This document shows positions 1-12,958 of a DNA stretch of 64,000 nt, one piece after another. Position 1 is the stretch's first letter, and each line of letters opens with the position of its first letter. A model generated the notes under the pieces. It was not told the DNA's origin and did not search any database. It saw only the letters and a list, made by a program, of their open reading frames with translations. The position numbers and the translations under genes were made by a program. This stretch comes from Candidatus Binatia bacterium (GTDB lineage: Bacteria; Desulfobacterota; Binatia; UBA9968; JAJDTQ01), in assembly GCA_963666515.2 (NCBI GenBank), contig OY762897.2, positions 3,008,001-3,072,000 of the forward strand, read 5' to 3'.

Positions 1-89
1 GCCGGGCGGCGGCGCGCGGGCGGGTTTGAAACCGCCCGCTGCACCCGTTATCATCCCGTGGCTGAAACCACCCGTTTCAGAAGCCACCC

Positions 90-1211
90 ATGTCGAACCC
101 GCAGCCCATGCCCACCGCGGCGCCCTCCGGCGACGTCTCCGCGGCGGTCTCCTGGCAGGACGTCCTCACCAGCCTCGAGGACGCCGTCATGGTGGTGGAC
201 TGCTCGCGCGGCGTCTCTTTCGTGAACCAGGCGGCCGAGACCCTCACCGGGCTGTCGGCCCGGAAGTTGCGGGCGCGGACTTCCGGCGACCTCTTTCGCG
301 CCAACCGGTGGCTGCTGGACATGATCGACAAGAGCCTCGGGCCGGACGAGAGCACCAGCCGCGCGGAGAGCGAGTTTCTCAAGCCGCGCGGCAAGAGCGT
401 GCCGGTGAGCGCCCTGGTCTCGCCTCTCCGCGACCAGGACGGACGGGTCGCCGGCAGCGTGCTGCTCCTGCGCGACCGCACCCTGAGGCAGGCCCTGGAG
501 GAGGACCTGAGGCGGTCGGACCGGCTGGCCCTGCTGGGCAAGCTGGCGGCCGCCCTGGCCCACGAGATCAAGAACCCGCTGGGCGGCATCAAGGGGGCGG
601 CCCAGCTCATCCGCGCCGAGGTGGCGCACGACCCGTCGCTGCTGGAGAACACCGACATCATGATCCGGGAGGTGGACCGGGTCAATCAACTGCTGGACCA
701 GCTCCTGGACCTGGCGCGCCCGGCGGGCCTCCACCTGGAGCCGCTGAACGTCCACGAGCTGCTGGAGCACGTCCTGGGCCTGGAGGCGCATAACGCGGCC
801 GCGGCAAGGGTGCGCATCCTGCGCTCGTTCGACCCCAGCCTGCCGCCGATCACCGGCGACCGCAGCCGGCTGGTTCAGGTGTTCCTCAACCTGATGGAGA
901 ACGCGCTGCAGGCCGGGCCCACCTGCATGACCGTCACCACCCGCATCGAAACGGACTTCTCCCTGCGCACCGGGCGTTCGAGCGCCACCAGGTTCGTCAG
1001 CGTGGACGTCCGCGACGACGGCGCCGGCATCGACGAGGACGACCTGCCCGACATCTTCGCGCCCTTCTTCACCCGCAAGCGCCGCGGCACCGGCCTCGGG
1101 CTGGCCATCTGCGACCGCACCATCAAGGAGCACGGGGGCCGCCTGGGCGTCGAGAGCCGGCTCGGCGAAGGATCGGTGTTCCGGGTGTCGCTGCCCGCCC
1201 GACAGGACTAG
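90..1211 (+). CDS. ntrB: PAS-domain sensor histidine kinase, NtrB/GlnL-like
   Basis: PAS region, H-box [10 protein letters not shown]-box [21 protein letters not shown]; directly upstream of a sigma54 response regulator. Confidence 0.8.
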   Translation: MSNPQPMPTAAPSGDVSAAVSWQDVLTSLEDAVMVVDCSRGVSFVNQAAETLTGLSARKLRARTSGDLFRANRWLLDMIDKSLGPDESTSRAESEFLKPRGKSVPVSALVSPLRDQDGRVAGSVLLLRDRTLRQALEEDLRRSDRLALLGKLAAALAHEIKNPLGGIKGAAQLIRAEVAHDPSLLENTDIMIREVDRVNQLLDQLLDLARPAGLHLEPLNVHELLEHVLGLEAHNAAAARVRILRSFDPSLPPITGDRSRLVQVFLNLMENALQAGPTCMTVTTRIETDFSLRTGRSSATRFVSVDVRDDGAGIDEDDLPDIFAPFFTRKRRGTGLGLAICDRTIKEHGGRLGVESRLGEGSVFRVSLPARQD

Positions 1212-1216
1212 CCGCC

Positions 1217-2655
<1,439 letters not shown>

Positions 2656-2659
<4 letters not shown>

Positions 2660-3285
2660 GCCGTCTGCCTTCGCGACTGTACGCCATCGTGGATCCGGCC
2701 CAGACCGGCGGCCGTCCGCTGGCCTCGGTGATCGACGCCATGCTGGCGGGCGGCGTGTCGGCGCTCCAGTTGCGGGTGAAGGACCGGCCCGCGGACGAGT
2801 TCCTGCGCATGGCCCTGAGCGCCCGCGAACGCACCGCCCGCGCCGGCTGCCTCTTCATCGTCAACGACCGCGTGGACATCGCCCTGGCCGCCGGCGCCGA
2901 CGGCGTGCACCTGGGACAGGAGGACCTGCCGCTGGAGGCCGCGCGGCCCCTCGTGGGAGACATGCTGATCGGCGTCTCCACCCACAGCCTGGAACAGGCG
3001 GAAGCCGCGGAGCGGGGCGGCGCCGACTACATCGGCTTCGGCCCCATGTTCCCCACTCAGACCAAGGAGACGGGCTACGGTTCCCGCGGCCTCTCGATGC
3101 TGGCGTCGGTGCGGCGCCGGGTGCGCGTCCCCATCGTCGCCATCGGCGGCATCACCGCGGAGAACGTCGCGCGGACGTGGCGCGCCGGAGCGGACGCCGC
3201 CGCCATGATCAGCTACCTGACCCGGGGCGGTGACGTGACGGCGCGGGTCAGGGAGATTCTGGCCATCCGGCAAGAGCCGCGGTAG
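2656..3285 (+). CDS. thiE: Thiamine phosphate synthase
   Basis: [35 protein letters not shown] motifs; GTGA overlap with ntrC stop. Confidence 0.93.
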
Positions 3286-3305
3286 GGGCGACCCGCGGTC
3301 GCCCT
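3282..3305 (+). repeat. GTAG-type REP-like palindrome (family A)
   Basis: GTAGGGGCGACCCGCGGTCGCCCT between convergent thiE and dnaB; related copies at ~43182-43205, 60494-60517, 60539-60563 and 63919-63942. Confidence 0.8.
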
Positions 3306-4680
3306 AGTAGGCCTCCGCGTCCGTATAGCCTTCCTCGCCGCGCTCGGTGTAGTCCTCGAAACGGGTGTATTCCTTCAGGAAGGTCAGCTTCCGGGTGCCC
3401 ACCGGGCCGTTGCGCTGCTTCTCGACGATGATCTCCGCGACGTTCGTGTGCTTCGTCACGTCCTTTTCGTAGGCATCCTCGCGGTAGACGAACATGATCA
3501 CGTCGGCGTCCTGCTCGATGGCGCCGGACTCCCGCAGGTCCGCCATCTGGGGACGCTTGCCGGTCCTTTCCTCCACCCGCCGGTTGAGTTGCGAGAGGGC
3601 CACCACCGGAACGTTCAACTCCTTGGCGAGGGCCTTGAGTGAGCGCGATATCTCCGAGATCTCCTGCTCGCGGCTCGGCGAATCCCGGTAGCCGCGCATG
3701 AGCTGCAGGTAGTCGATGACCACCATGCCGATGTTCCGGGCGCGGTCCCGCAGGAGCCGCCGGGTCTTGGCCCGCACTTCCAGCACCGTCAGCGCCGCGG
3801 TATCGTCGATGTAGATGGGCGCCTTCGCCAGCCGCGCCGTCGTGGCCACCAGCCTTCCCGATTCCTCGTCCCTTAGATAGCCGGTGCGGAGCCTGGAATA
3901 GTCCACGCGCGCCTCGGAGCAGAGCATCCGCAGCACGAGCTGCTCCTTGGCCATCTCCAGGGAGAAGACGGCCACGCCGATCCCATTGAACGCGGCGTTG
4001 ACCGCCACGTTGAGGGCGAACGCGGTCTTGCCCATGCCCGGCCGGCCGGCGACGATGAGCAGGTCCGAGGGCTGGAAGCCGGCGGTCAACTGGTCGAGGT
4101 CGTGGTAGCCCGTGGCCACGCCGGTCACCATCCCCTTGCGCTGGGACAGCTCCGCGAGCTTCTTCATGGTGTCGTTCATCAGGTCGCCGACCCACACGAA
4201 CGACGCGTTGATGCGCTTTTCCGAGATGTCGAAGATGGCGCGCTCGGCGTCATCCAGGAAGGTGTCGACGTCGCCCCGCTCGTCCAGCCCGCGGGAGGCG
4301 ATATCGGTGGAGGTGCGGATCAGGTGGCGGAGAATGGCCTTCTCCCGCACGATCCGCGCGTAGTGGCCGATGTTGGCCGCGGTGGGAACCTGGCTCGCAA
4401 GCTCCGCGAGATACGCGGAGCCGCCCACGTCTTCCAGCTCCCCCTTGCTCTTGAGATGGTCGCTCAGGGTGATGAGGTCCACCGGCTCGTTCCGGTCCCA
4501 CAGTTCCACCATGGCCCGGTAGATCTTGCGGTGCGACTCGCGGTAGAGGTCGTCGGAGTTGACCAGCTCGACGACCGTGTTGATGGCGTCGTTCTCCAGC
4601 AGCACGCCGCCCAGGATCGACGCCTCCGCCTCCAGGTTCTGGGGCGGAAGGCGGTGAAGGGTTTCGGTCACGTCCGCCAT
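3304..4680 (-). CDS. dnaB: Replicative DNA helicase
   Basis: PPQNLEAEASILG N-terminus, GRPGMGKT, FSLEM, IDYLQLM, LSQLNR, DLRESGAIEQDAD, KQRNGP. Confidence 0.98.
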   Translation of the reverse strand: MADVTETLHRLPPQNLEAEASILGGVLLENDAINTVVELVNSDDLYRESHRKIYRAMVELWDRNEPVDLITLSDHLKSKGELEDVGGSAYLAELASQVPTAANIGHYARIVREKAILRHLIRTSTDIASRGLDERGDVDTFLDDAERAIFDISEKRINASFVWVGDLMNDTMKKLAELSQRKGMVTGVATGYHDLDQLTAGFQPSDLLIVAGRPGMGKTAFALNVAVNAAFNGIGVAVFSLEMAKEQLVLRMLCSEARVDYSRLRTGYLRDEESGRLVATTARLAKAPIYIDDTAALTVLEVRAKTRRLLRDRARNIGMVVIDYLQLMRGYRDSPSREQEISEISRSLKALAKELNVPVVALSQLNRRVEERTGKRPQMADLRESGAIEQDADVIMFVYREDAYEKDVTKHTNVAEIIVEKQRNGPVGTRKLTFLKEYTRFEDYTERGEEGYTDAEAY

Positions 4681-4683
4681 GGT

Positions 4684-5052
4684 TCACCCGCCGCCGGGCG
4701 CGGCGCCGTGCTCCGCGGTCACCACCGTGTGGATGCCACCGCGGACGTTGAAATCGCCCTCGACGCTCATGTACTTGGGCGAGCAGGCCTCCACCAGGTC
4801 GTCCAGGATGCGGTTGACCACGTCTTCGTGAAAGGCGCCCTCCTCACGGTACGACCAGAGGTAGAGCTTGAGAGACAGCAGCTCGACGCACCGCGGCCCG
4901 GGCACGTAACGGACCCGGATGGTGGCGAAGTCCGGCTGTCCGGTCTTGGGACACACGCAGGTGAACTCCGGACACTCCATTGCCACCTCGTAATCGCGAT
5001 CCTGCCGTGGATTGGGTATGGTCTCGATCCGCCTGCTGGGTCGGGTCGGCAC
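4684..5052 (-). CDS. queF: NADPH-dependent 7-cyano-7-deazaguanine reductase (type I QueF)
   Basis: [31 protein letters not shown] motifs; 122 aa. Confidence 0.92.
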   Translation of the reverse strand: MPTRPSRRIETIPNPRQDRDYEVAMECPEFTCVCPKTGQPDFATIRVRYVPGPRCVELLSLKLYLWSYREEGAFHEDVVNRILDDLVEACSPKYMSVEGDFNVRGGIHTVVTAEHGAAPGGG

Positions 5053-5173
5053 GGTGCCTGCCTTTCATCCGGGACGCGGCGCCCGGCCCTCCGCCGCGGT
5101 ACGCCCGCGGCCCGCGACGTCCACGCCGAGGGCGCCTTGACTTGACGCCGTGCGGACGCCAGACTGACGCCGC

Positions 5174-5422
5174 ATGAAACTCGACATCCACGTACCATCC
5201 ATCGACGGCGTCGTCAGGGTCGAGATCCGGTCGGTCGAAGAGGACGGCTCCTGGTCGGCCTACCCCGTCCTCATCGGCGGCGCCGCCCTCGATGATGCCT
5301 GTCTCGTGCTGGCGCGGTCGAGCCGGCCGCTCCGTTTCAGCGGCAACACGGCCGAAGCCGCGGAGACCCGGGCCAAGGAATACGTCCAGGCCCACTACCG
5401 GGTCCAACGCATGATCTGGTGA
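5174..5422 (+). CDS. Hypothetical protein (82 aa)
   Basis: ATG start, GC3-rich codon usage, fills the gap between queF and the agmatine deiminase. Confidence 0.6.
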   Translation: MKLDIHVPSIDGVVRVEIRSVEEDGSWSAYPVLIGGAALDDACLVLARSSRPLRFSGNTAEAAETRAKEYVQAHYRVQRMIW

Positions 5423-5442
5423 AATAACACCCGCGCGGCCCT

Positions 5443-6561
5443 TCAAGTCAAGGGCTGCTGCTGGGTGACGCAGTGGATGCCGCCGAGGCCGAGGATAAGC
5501 GTGCGGGCGTCGATGCCGACGACCCGTCGGCCCGGAAACAGGTCTGCCAGCGTGTCCCGTGCGATCCGGTCCTTGGGACCGCCGTAGAACGGCGCCAGCA
5601 CCACCCCGTTGGCGATGTAGAAGTTGGCGTAGCTCGCCGGCAGCCGCGAACCGCCCGCGGTCACCGGGTCGGGCTGCGGTAGCGGCACCACCCGCAGCCA
5701 GCGGCCGCCCGAGTCCCTGGCGGACATGAGACAGCGGTAGTTCTCCTGGAGCGCATGGTAGTTTTCGTCCCGCGTATCCCGCTCCACCACGCACACGACG
5801 GTGCCGGCGTCCACGAAACGCGCAAGGTTGTCCACGTGGCCGTCGGTATCGTCGCCCGCCATGCCCGCAGGGAGCCACAGGACGCGGCGGACCCCCAGGG
5901 CCGATTGCAGCACCCCCTCGATGTCCTCCCGGGTGCGGCTGCTGTTGCGGTTGGGATTGAGCAGGCACTCCTTGGTCACCAAGCAGAGGCCGGCGCCGTT
6001 CACGTCGATGGAGCCTCCCTCCAGCACGATTCCCGGCGTGAACGCCGGCAGGGCCAGGGACTCGTTGATCCGCAGCGGCACGGCGTCGTCGGCCACGTAC
6101 TCGGGGTACTTCATCCCCCAGGCGTTGAAGCGCCAGTTCACCAGCGCCAACGCCTCGGACGGGCCCGCACGGATGATAAAGGTCGGCCCGTAGTCCCGTA
6201 TCCACACGTCGACGGTGGGGATGCGGTGGAACGCCACGCCGCCGGCATCGAGGCCGCCGCGCCGCAGAGCCGCGGCGGCCTCGGCCTCGGAAGCGGCGTC
6301 GTTGACCAGGAGATCGACCCTTTCGCTGCCCGCAAGCGCCCGGATCATCTCCACCCACGTCTGCCGCACCCGCTCCAGGCCGTCCGGCCACGTGTCCGCG
6401 TTGTGCGGCCACGCGAGCCACGTGGCGGCGTGGGGCTCCCATTCCGCGGGCATCCGGTAACCTGCGCCCCGCGGGTCCGCCAGTCGGGCGAACGTGGATC
6501 GCTGGTCTTCGCCGGCCAGGCTTTCCCCGCGACCGCTTACCGCGTCGCCCGCACCCGCCAT
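5443..6561 (-). CDS. aguA: Agmatine deiminase family protein
   Basis: RMPAEWEPH, WIRDYGP, LEGGSIDVNG, DTDGHVD, GGIHCVTQQQP; start trimmed to ATG 6561, just after the upstream gene. Confidence 0.92.
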   Translation of the reverse strand: MAGAGDAVSGRGESLAGEDQRSTFARLADPRGAGYRMPAEWEPHAATWLAWPHNADTWPDGLERVRQTWVEMIRALAGSERVDLLVNDAASEAEAAAALRRGGLDAGGVAFHRIPTVDVWIRDYGPTFIIRAGPSEALALVNWRFNAWGMKYPEYVADDAVPLRINESLALPAFTPGIVLEGGSIDVNGAGLCLVTKECLLNPNRNSSRTREDIEGVLQSALGVRRVLWLPAGMAGDDTDGHVDNLARFVDAGTVVCVVERDTRDENYHALQENYRCLMSARDSGGRWLRVVPLPQPDPVTAGGSRLPASYANFYIANGVVLAPFYGGPKDRIARDTLADLFPGRRVVGIDARTLILGLGGIHCVTQQQPLT

Positions 6562-6566
6562 GCCGC

Positions 6567-7457
6567 TCAATCCGACGGGTCGTCGACGAGGTGGCCGGTG
6601 AGGCCGTCGTAGGCGTCGATGCGCCGGTCCCGCAGGAACGGCCAGTTGTGACGTGCTTCCGCGATGGCCCCGAGGTCGCAGTCCAGCAGCAGGGTCTCGG
6701 GCCTGCTCCTGCCGGCCCGGGCAAGCACCCGGCCCGAAGGATCTGCGGCGAAGGAGTTGCCCCAGAACGTGATCGTCCCCTCGCGGCCCACCCGGTTGAC
6801 CGCGGCCACGTAGACGCCGTTGGTAACGGCGTGGGAGCGCTGCACCAGTTCCCAGGCTTCGAGCTGCGCTTGTCGCGCGGCCCGGGTCTCTCCGGCACCC
6901 CAGCCGATGGCGGTGGGATAGAAGATGATCTCGGCCCCGCCCAGGGCCGCCAGCCGCGCCGCCTCCGGAAACCACTGGTCCCAGCAGATCAGCACCCCCA
7001 CGTGAGCGTAGCGGGTAGGGAAGGTACGGAACCCCAGGTCGCCGGGGGTGAAGTAGAACTTCTCGAAGAAGCCGGGGTCGTCGGGGATGTGCATCTTGCG
7101 GTACCGGCCCGCGATCTCCCCGTCGGCGTCGATGACCAGGGCGGTGTTGTGGTACACGCCGGGGGCGCGGGCCTCGAACACCGAGGCCACGATCACCACC
7201 TCCAGCTCCCGCGCCAGGGGACACAGACGCTCGGTGGTGGGGCCGGGAACGGGTTCCGCCAGGGCGAAGGCTCCCGTGTCCTCGGCCTGCGGGAAATACC
7301 GCGAGCGGAACAGCTCTTGCAGGCAAACGATCCCGGCTCCCGCCTCGGCCGCGAGCCGTATCCGGCGCGCCGCGGCCGCGAGGTTGCGCTCCGGGTCCAG
7401 GGAGGCCCTGGACTGAATGAGCCCCAAGGTCACCGAGTGTTTGGGGGTCGGCGGCAT
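6567..7457 (-). CDS. aguB: Carbon-nitrogen hydrolase, N-carbamoylputrescine amidase-like
   Basis: Catalytic E (CLQELF), K (YRKMHIP) and C (ICWDQWFPE); EKFYFTPGDLGF; adjacent to agmatine deiminase. Confidence 0.85.
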   Translation of the reverse strand: MPPTPKHSVTLGLIQSRASLDPERNLAAAARRIRLAAEAGAGIVCLQELFRSRYFPQAEDTGAFALAEPVPGPTTERLCPLARELEVVIVASVFEARAPGVYHNTALVIDADGEIAGRYRKMHIPDDPGFFEKFYFTPGDLGFRTFPTRYAHVGVLICWDQWFPEAARLAALGGAEIIFYPTAIGWGAGETRAARQAQLEAWELVQRSHAVTNGVYVAAVNRVGREGTITFWGNSFAADPSGRVLARAGRSRPETLLLDCDLGAIAEARHNWPFLRDRRIDAYDGLTGHLVDDPSD

Positions 7458-7574
7458 GGTCAAGTCAATCAAGAACGCCGAGCGGGTGGGTCACCGGCAC
7501 GCCTGTGGGCTTGAAGCGGCGGAAGGTCGCCACGACCGGACCCTGCTTGATCGCAGTGGCCGCGGTCCGTGCCC

Positions 7575-8870
<1,296 letters not shown>

Positions 8871-8907
8871 ACGTCATTCCTCTCGATTCGCGATTTGGAA
8901 AGTAGCA

Positions 8908-8936
8908 CTCTTAGACCATCCCCGGTGAGGGGTCAA
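8908..8936 (-). promoter_or_regulatory. Possible sigma70 promoter of gltA
   Basis: Minus strand TTGACC-17 nt-TAAGAG; the -10 match is weak. Confidence 0.3.
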
Positions 8937-9066
8937 CCCATATCCAGGGGCCGTTCCGCTTGACATTTCGGGTCGAATTCGTTCTCCGAAACCGCCCCGG
9001 AACGGGTCCTGGAGGGGCCTCCGTCCCTTGAATCGAGGGTCGGGCCGGACCCTTCGGAGCTTGGGC

Positions 9067-9819
9067 TCACGCCCCGGTCAGGCGCATGCCGCCGTCCACC
9101 GGCAGGATGGCGGCGGTGACGTGGGAGGCGGCGTCCGATGCCAGGTAGACGGCCGCCGCGGCCACGTCCTCCGGCTCTCCGATGCGCCCCAGCGGCACCC
9201 GGGTGGCGTAGCGGGCGAGCTTTTCCGGCGTCGAGGTGTCCACCATGGGAGTCCGGTTGGGCCCGGGGCAGATGCAGTTGACCCGGATGTTCTGGCGCGC
9301 GTGGTCCTCGGCCATGGCCTCGGTCAATCGCACCATGCCGCCCTTGGAGGCGCAGTAGGCGGCGCGCCCCGCCTGGCCCTGAATGCCCGACCGGGCGGCG
9401 ATGTTGATGATGACCCCGCCGCCGCGCCTGACCATCTCGGGGATGGCGTGGCGGCACACGTTGAAAACGCCCTTCAGGTTGGTGTCGAGGGTCCGGTCCC
9501 AGTCCTCCTCTGTGATCTCCGTCACCGCGCCGTTGGTGCGGACACCGGCGCTGTGGACCACGATGTCCAGGCCGCCGTAGCGCTCCACCGCGGCCGCCAC
9601 CACCGCGGCCATCTCGTCGTGCCGCCGGACGTCCGCGGCCGTGAACATGGCGTCGCCACCGTCGGCCTCGATGAGCGCGCGGGTTTCTTCGCCCTTGCTC
9701 GCGGTGCTGGAGGTCCCCGCGACGGCGCAGCCCTCCCGGACGAAGGCTACCGCGATGGCGCGCCCCAGGCCCGAGCCGAATCCCGTCACCAGAGCCACCT
9801 TGCCTTCGAGTTGATGCAT
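9067..9819 (-). CDS. SDR family oxidoreductase
   Basis: VTGFGSGLG, YCASKGG, NIRVNCICPG, VDGG. Confidence 0.92.
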   Translation of the reverse strand: MHQLEGKVALVTGFGSGLGRAIAVAFVREGCAVAGTSSTASKGEETRALIEADGGDAMFTAADVRRHDEMAAVVAAAVERYGGLDIVVHSAGVRTNGAVTEITEEDWDRTLDTNLKGVFNVCRHAIPEMVRRGGGVIINIAARSGIQGQAGRAAYCASKGGMVRLTEAMAEDHARQNIRVNCICPGPNRTPMVDTSTPEKLARYATRVPLGRIGEPEDVAAAAVYLASDAASHVTAAILPVDGGMRLTGA

Positions 9820-9836
9820 CGGTTGTTCCTTCCACC

Positions 9837-9889
9837 CCTGGATTCCGGCCCCGTATCGAGTACGGGGCAGGCTTTTCGCCGGAATGACG
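9837..9889. repeat. CTGGATTCC...GGAATGAC palindromic repeat (family B) with inserted hairpin
   Basis: CCTGGATTCCGG-[CCCCGTATCGAGTACGGGGC]-AGGCTTTTCGCCGGAATGACG; related copies at 45332-45361, 45386-45416, 59181-59211 and 61531-61560. Confidence 0.75.
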
Positions 9890-9992
9890 ATTCGAGTGTC
9901 GTCGCCTTACGGCACGCAGAACGGAGTTTGACGCGGTGACACAGCCTGTTGCGCGGGAATGACGGTACGTGGGTTACTGCCATTCCCGGCGT

Positions 9993-11117
9993 TCAGTTCC
10001 GGGCATACTCCTGCACCGCGTCCTCGTTCAGCACCATCCCGTGTCCGGGGGTCTCCGGCAGCGCGACCCAGCCGTCCTCGGGCTCGGGCGGGTCCTTGTA
10101 GAGAGTCCTGGCCATGTGCCAGTCGTTCACGTGGAACTCGGTGCGCCAGCCGTTGGGCACCGCCGCGTGCAGGTTCATGTCGTAGTAGGCGCCGTTGCCG
10201 ATGGGCAGGTCGAAGGCCTGGGCCACCGCCGCGGCCTTCATGCCCATGGTGAAGCCGCCCACGGAGCCCACCTGGATGTTGAGGAAGTCCACGGCCCCGG
10301 CCCGCGCCAGACCCGCCAGCCCGTAGAAGTCCTCCCATTGGCCGGCGGCGATGGGAATGGAAGTCTGACGCCGTAGCGCCGCCAGCTTGGCCGGGTCGTT
10401 GCGCAGGATGGGCTCCTCGAACCACATCAGGTTGTAGGGCTCCAGCCGCTTGCACCAGCGGAGCGCCGCGTCGTAGCGCAAGAGGCAGGCGGCGTCCACC
10501 ATCAGCTCTACCTCGTCTCCCACCGCCTCCCGCACCGCCCGGACCCGGCGCTCATCCTCGGACGGGTCGTCTTCGCGGTGCGCTCCGCTGGCGCCGCGCA
10601 TGTCGATCTCGCCGCGCATGTTGAGGCGTCCGACCATCAGCTTGAGGCGCTTGTGGCCGCGCTCCACCCAGTGACGGGCCGCTTCCACCAAGGCGTCCAG
10701 GCCATAGCTCCTGACGCCGAACGTGAAGTAGCACGGGACGGCCCCCTGCGCCCCTCCCAACAGACGCCACACCGGCAGATCGTAGAGCTTGCCCCTGATG
10801 TCCCACAGCGCCACGTCGATGGCGCTGACCGCGGCGTTCCAGACACCGGGTTCGGCCCGGGGGTTGAAGCGCCAGCGCATCTCGTGCATGAGGCGCTCGT
10901 TCTCCAGCGGGTCCTTGCCCAGCAGGAAGGGAGTCAGGTCGGCTTCGATAAACCGCAGGATGGCGGACCCCGGACCGTGGCCGATCTCGGCGGTGCCGGT
11001 GAGGCCCTGGTCGGTCTCCACCCACACCAAGTCCACGGAGGCGGTCCGGCGTTCGTGGAACGGCAGGTCCAGGGGAATGTTCGTGAGCCGCCGAGTCTTG
11101 ATGGCGCTGATCTTCAT
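9993..11117 (-). CDS. Mandelate racemase/muconate lactonizing enzyme family protein
   Basis: AVSAIDVALWDIRGK, LMVDA, WFEEP, PGHG. Confidence 0.9.
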   Translation of the reverse strand: MKISAIKTRRLTNIPLDLPFHERRTASVDLVWVETDQGLTGTAEIGHGPGSAILRFIEADLTPFLLGKDPLENERLMHEMRWRFNPRAEPGVWNAAVSAIDVALWDIRGKLYDLPVWRLLGGAQGAVPCYFTFGVRSYGLDALVEAARHWVERGHKRLKLMVGRLNMRGEIDMRGASGAHREDDPSEDERRVRAVREAVGDEVELMVDAACLLRYDAALRWCKRLEPYNLMWFEEPILRNDPAKLAALRRQTSIPIAAGQWEDFYGLAGLARAGAVDFLNIQVGSVGGFTMGMKAAAVAQAFDLPIGNGAYYDMNLHAAVPNGWRTEFHVNDWHMARTLYKDPPEPEDGWVALPETPGHGMVLNEDAVQEYARN

Positions 11118-11132
11118 GGTGTGGAGTCTCCG

Positions 11133-11699
11133 TCAGTTTGTGGCGAAAGCCTGATGACGCACGAACACCTCCGCGTCCCGTGGCAGGAAGAACACCAGCC
11201 GGACTTCCCGGATCGAGGGATGGGAACGGAGGGCGTCCTCAATGGCCCGGGACGATACCGCGGCCGCCTCGTCCATCGGGTATCCGTAGACGCCGGTGGA
11301 GATGGCCGGGAAGGCCACCGTGGCCAAGCCCTCCTCCGCGGCGATTCCAAGGGAGTTGCGGTAACAGTCGGCCAGCTTCTCCACCTTGTCCGCGCCGCCG
11401 CTGCCGTACACCGGACCCACAGTGTGGATCACGTGGCGCGCCGGCATGTTCCCGGCCGTGGTCAGGACCGCGCTGCCGGTGGGAAGCCCGTCGGGGTAAC
11501 GAGTGGCACGGATGCTCTTGCACTCCTCCAGGATGGCCGGGCCGCCGGCCCGGTGGACCGCGCCGTCCACGCCGCCGCCGCCCATCAGCGTGCCGTTGGC
11601 GGCGTTCACCACCGCGTCCACCGCCTCCCGGGTGATGTCTCCCACCTTGACGGCCACGCGGCCGTCGAGGAAGCTGGGGAAGTTCGTAGAATCGCTCAT
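11133..11699 (-). CDS. Macrodomain protein, O-acetyl-ADP-ribose deacetylase (YmdB-like)
   Basis: GDIT, VNAAN, GGGGVDGAVH, VIHTVGP, FPAISTGVYGYP; ATG 11699 preceded by AGGAG. Confidence 0.93.
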   Translation of the reverse strand: MSDSTNFPSFLDGRVAVKVGDITREAVDAVVNAANGTLMGGGGVDGAVHRAGGPAILEECKSIRATRYPDGLPTGSAVLTTAGNMPARHVIHTVGPVYGSGGADKVEKLADCYRNSLGIAAEEGLATVAFPAISTGVYGYPMDEAAAVSSRAIEDALRSHPSIREVRLVFFLPRDAEVFVRHQAFATN

Positions 11700-11781
11700 G
11701 TATCCTACTCCTGCGGGCATGGACACGGGTAAACTGAAACGCGCCTCTGCGTCTCCCGCTTACCGACAACGATCCTGTGCC

Positions 11782-12927
11782 TCATCCCCACACCTGCCGC
11801 GCGGTCTCCACCACCCGCTCCAGCTTCCGCTTCTGGTCGTCCGGCGTCACGAGATTGCCCACCGCGTCCGAAGAGAAGCCGCACTGGGGGCTGATGGCCA
11901 GTTGCTCCAGCGGCAGGAACCGGGCGGCGTCATCAATGCGCCGTTTCAGATCGTCCACGCTCTCCAGCTCCGGCACCTTGGTGCTCACCAGCCCCAGCAC
12001 CACCACCGTGCCCTTGGGCACGAACCGCAACGGCTCGAACCCGCCGGCCCGTTCCGAGTCGTACTCCAGCAGCAGCCGGCGGTGCTTCAACCCCCCGAAC
12101 AGCCGCTCCGCCACCGCATCGTAGGCCCCCTCCCGGTGCCACATGCTGCGCTGGTTGCCGCGGCAGAGATGGATGCCGGAGACGGCGTCGCCGAAGGCTT
12201 CGAGGATCGCGTTGTCGGCGGCGATGGAGCGGTCCAGGTTCGCGTCCGGATCCTCGCCGCGCTGCCGCATGGCCTCCAGCGACGGCTCGTCCACGTAGGC
12301 CGTGTAGCCGGGGGCGTCGATCTGCACGTAGCGGCAGCCGGCCTCCACCAGGGCCGCCACCATAGTCCTCTCGATGGTCACGACGTCTGCCAGGAAATCG
12401 TCCACGGTGGGATAGACGGCGCGCGAGTTCTCGTGGTCGAAGCGCTGGCTGATGCGGTCCGGGCCCACGAGCGCGACCTTGGCCGGAGTGCGGGTCGCGG
12501 CGCTGAGGAAGCGGTATTCTTCGAGCGGCAGGTTCCGCGCCAGGCGCAGGCGCTCCACCGCCGGCAGCCGGTGCCAGACCGGCACCTCGGGGTTCACGTC
12601 GCGCTGAACGTCCCAGCGCCGCAGCGCCGTCCCGCCGCGGGACTGCCGCTCCAGGATATCCATTCGCGCCGCCCCCGCGCGAAACCCTTCCACGCAGGCG
12701 CCGAAGCTGTCCTGGAAGTTGAGCCTGCGGAACTCCCCGTCGGTGACCACGCCCAGGCCCAGTCCCTCCTGCAGCGCCACCGCTTCCCGGATCGCCTCAT
12801 CCTCGGCTTGGCGCAGCCCGCCGGCGTCCAGCTCGCCGGCCTCGAACCGCCGCCGCGCCTGCTTGAGCCCCTCGGGGCGCAGCAGGCTTCCCACCACATC
12901 GGTTCTCATGGTTGCCAGGTCGTTCAT
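11782..12927 (-). CDS. Cobalamin-independent methionine synthase II family protein
   Basis: VVGSLLRP, TDGEFRR, Zn ligands HLCRGN / LEYD / SPQCGF. Confidence 0.88.
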   Translation of the reverse strand: MNDLATMRTDVVGSLLRPEGLKQARRRFEAGELDAGGLRQAEDEAIREAVALQEGLGLGVVTDGEFRRLNFQDSFGACVEGFRAGAARMDILERQSRGGTALRRWDVQRDVNPEVPVWHRLPAVERLRLARNLPLEEYRFLSAATRTPAKVALVGPDRISQRFDHENSRAVYPTVDDFLADVVTIERTMVAALVEAGCRYVQIDAPGYTAYVDEPSLEAMRQRGEDPDANLDRSIAADNAILEAFGDAVSGIHLCRGNQRSMWHREGAYDAVAERLFGGLKHRRLLLEYDSERAGGFEPLRFVPKGTVVVLGLVSTKVPELESVDDLKRRIDDAARFLPLEQLAISPQCGFSSDAVGNLVTPDDQKRKLERVVETARQVWG

Positions 12928-12958
12928 GGCCGTCTTTCCTCGATGGGGCCGTTTCCCC

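Noticed and set aside
5053-5173. preQ1 riboswitch upstream of queF
   Set aside because: No AGAGGUUC-type stem or A-rich tail; only generic GC-rich hairpins.
8950-9066. Structured ncRNA between gltA and the SDR gene
   Set aside because: A TTGACA and small hairpins exist, but there is no matching -10 and no recognisable family signature; an Rfam scan would be needed.
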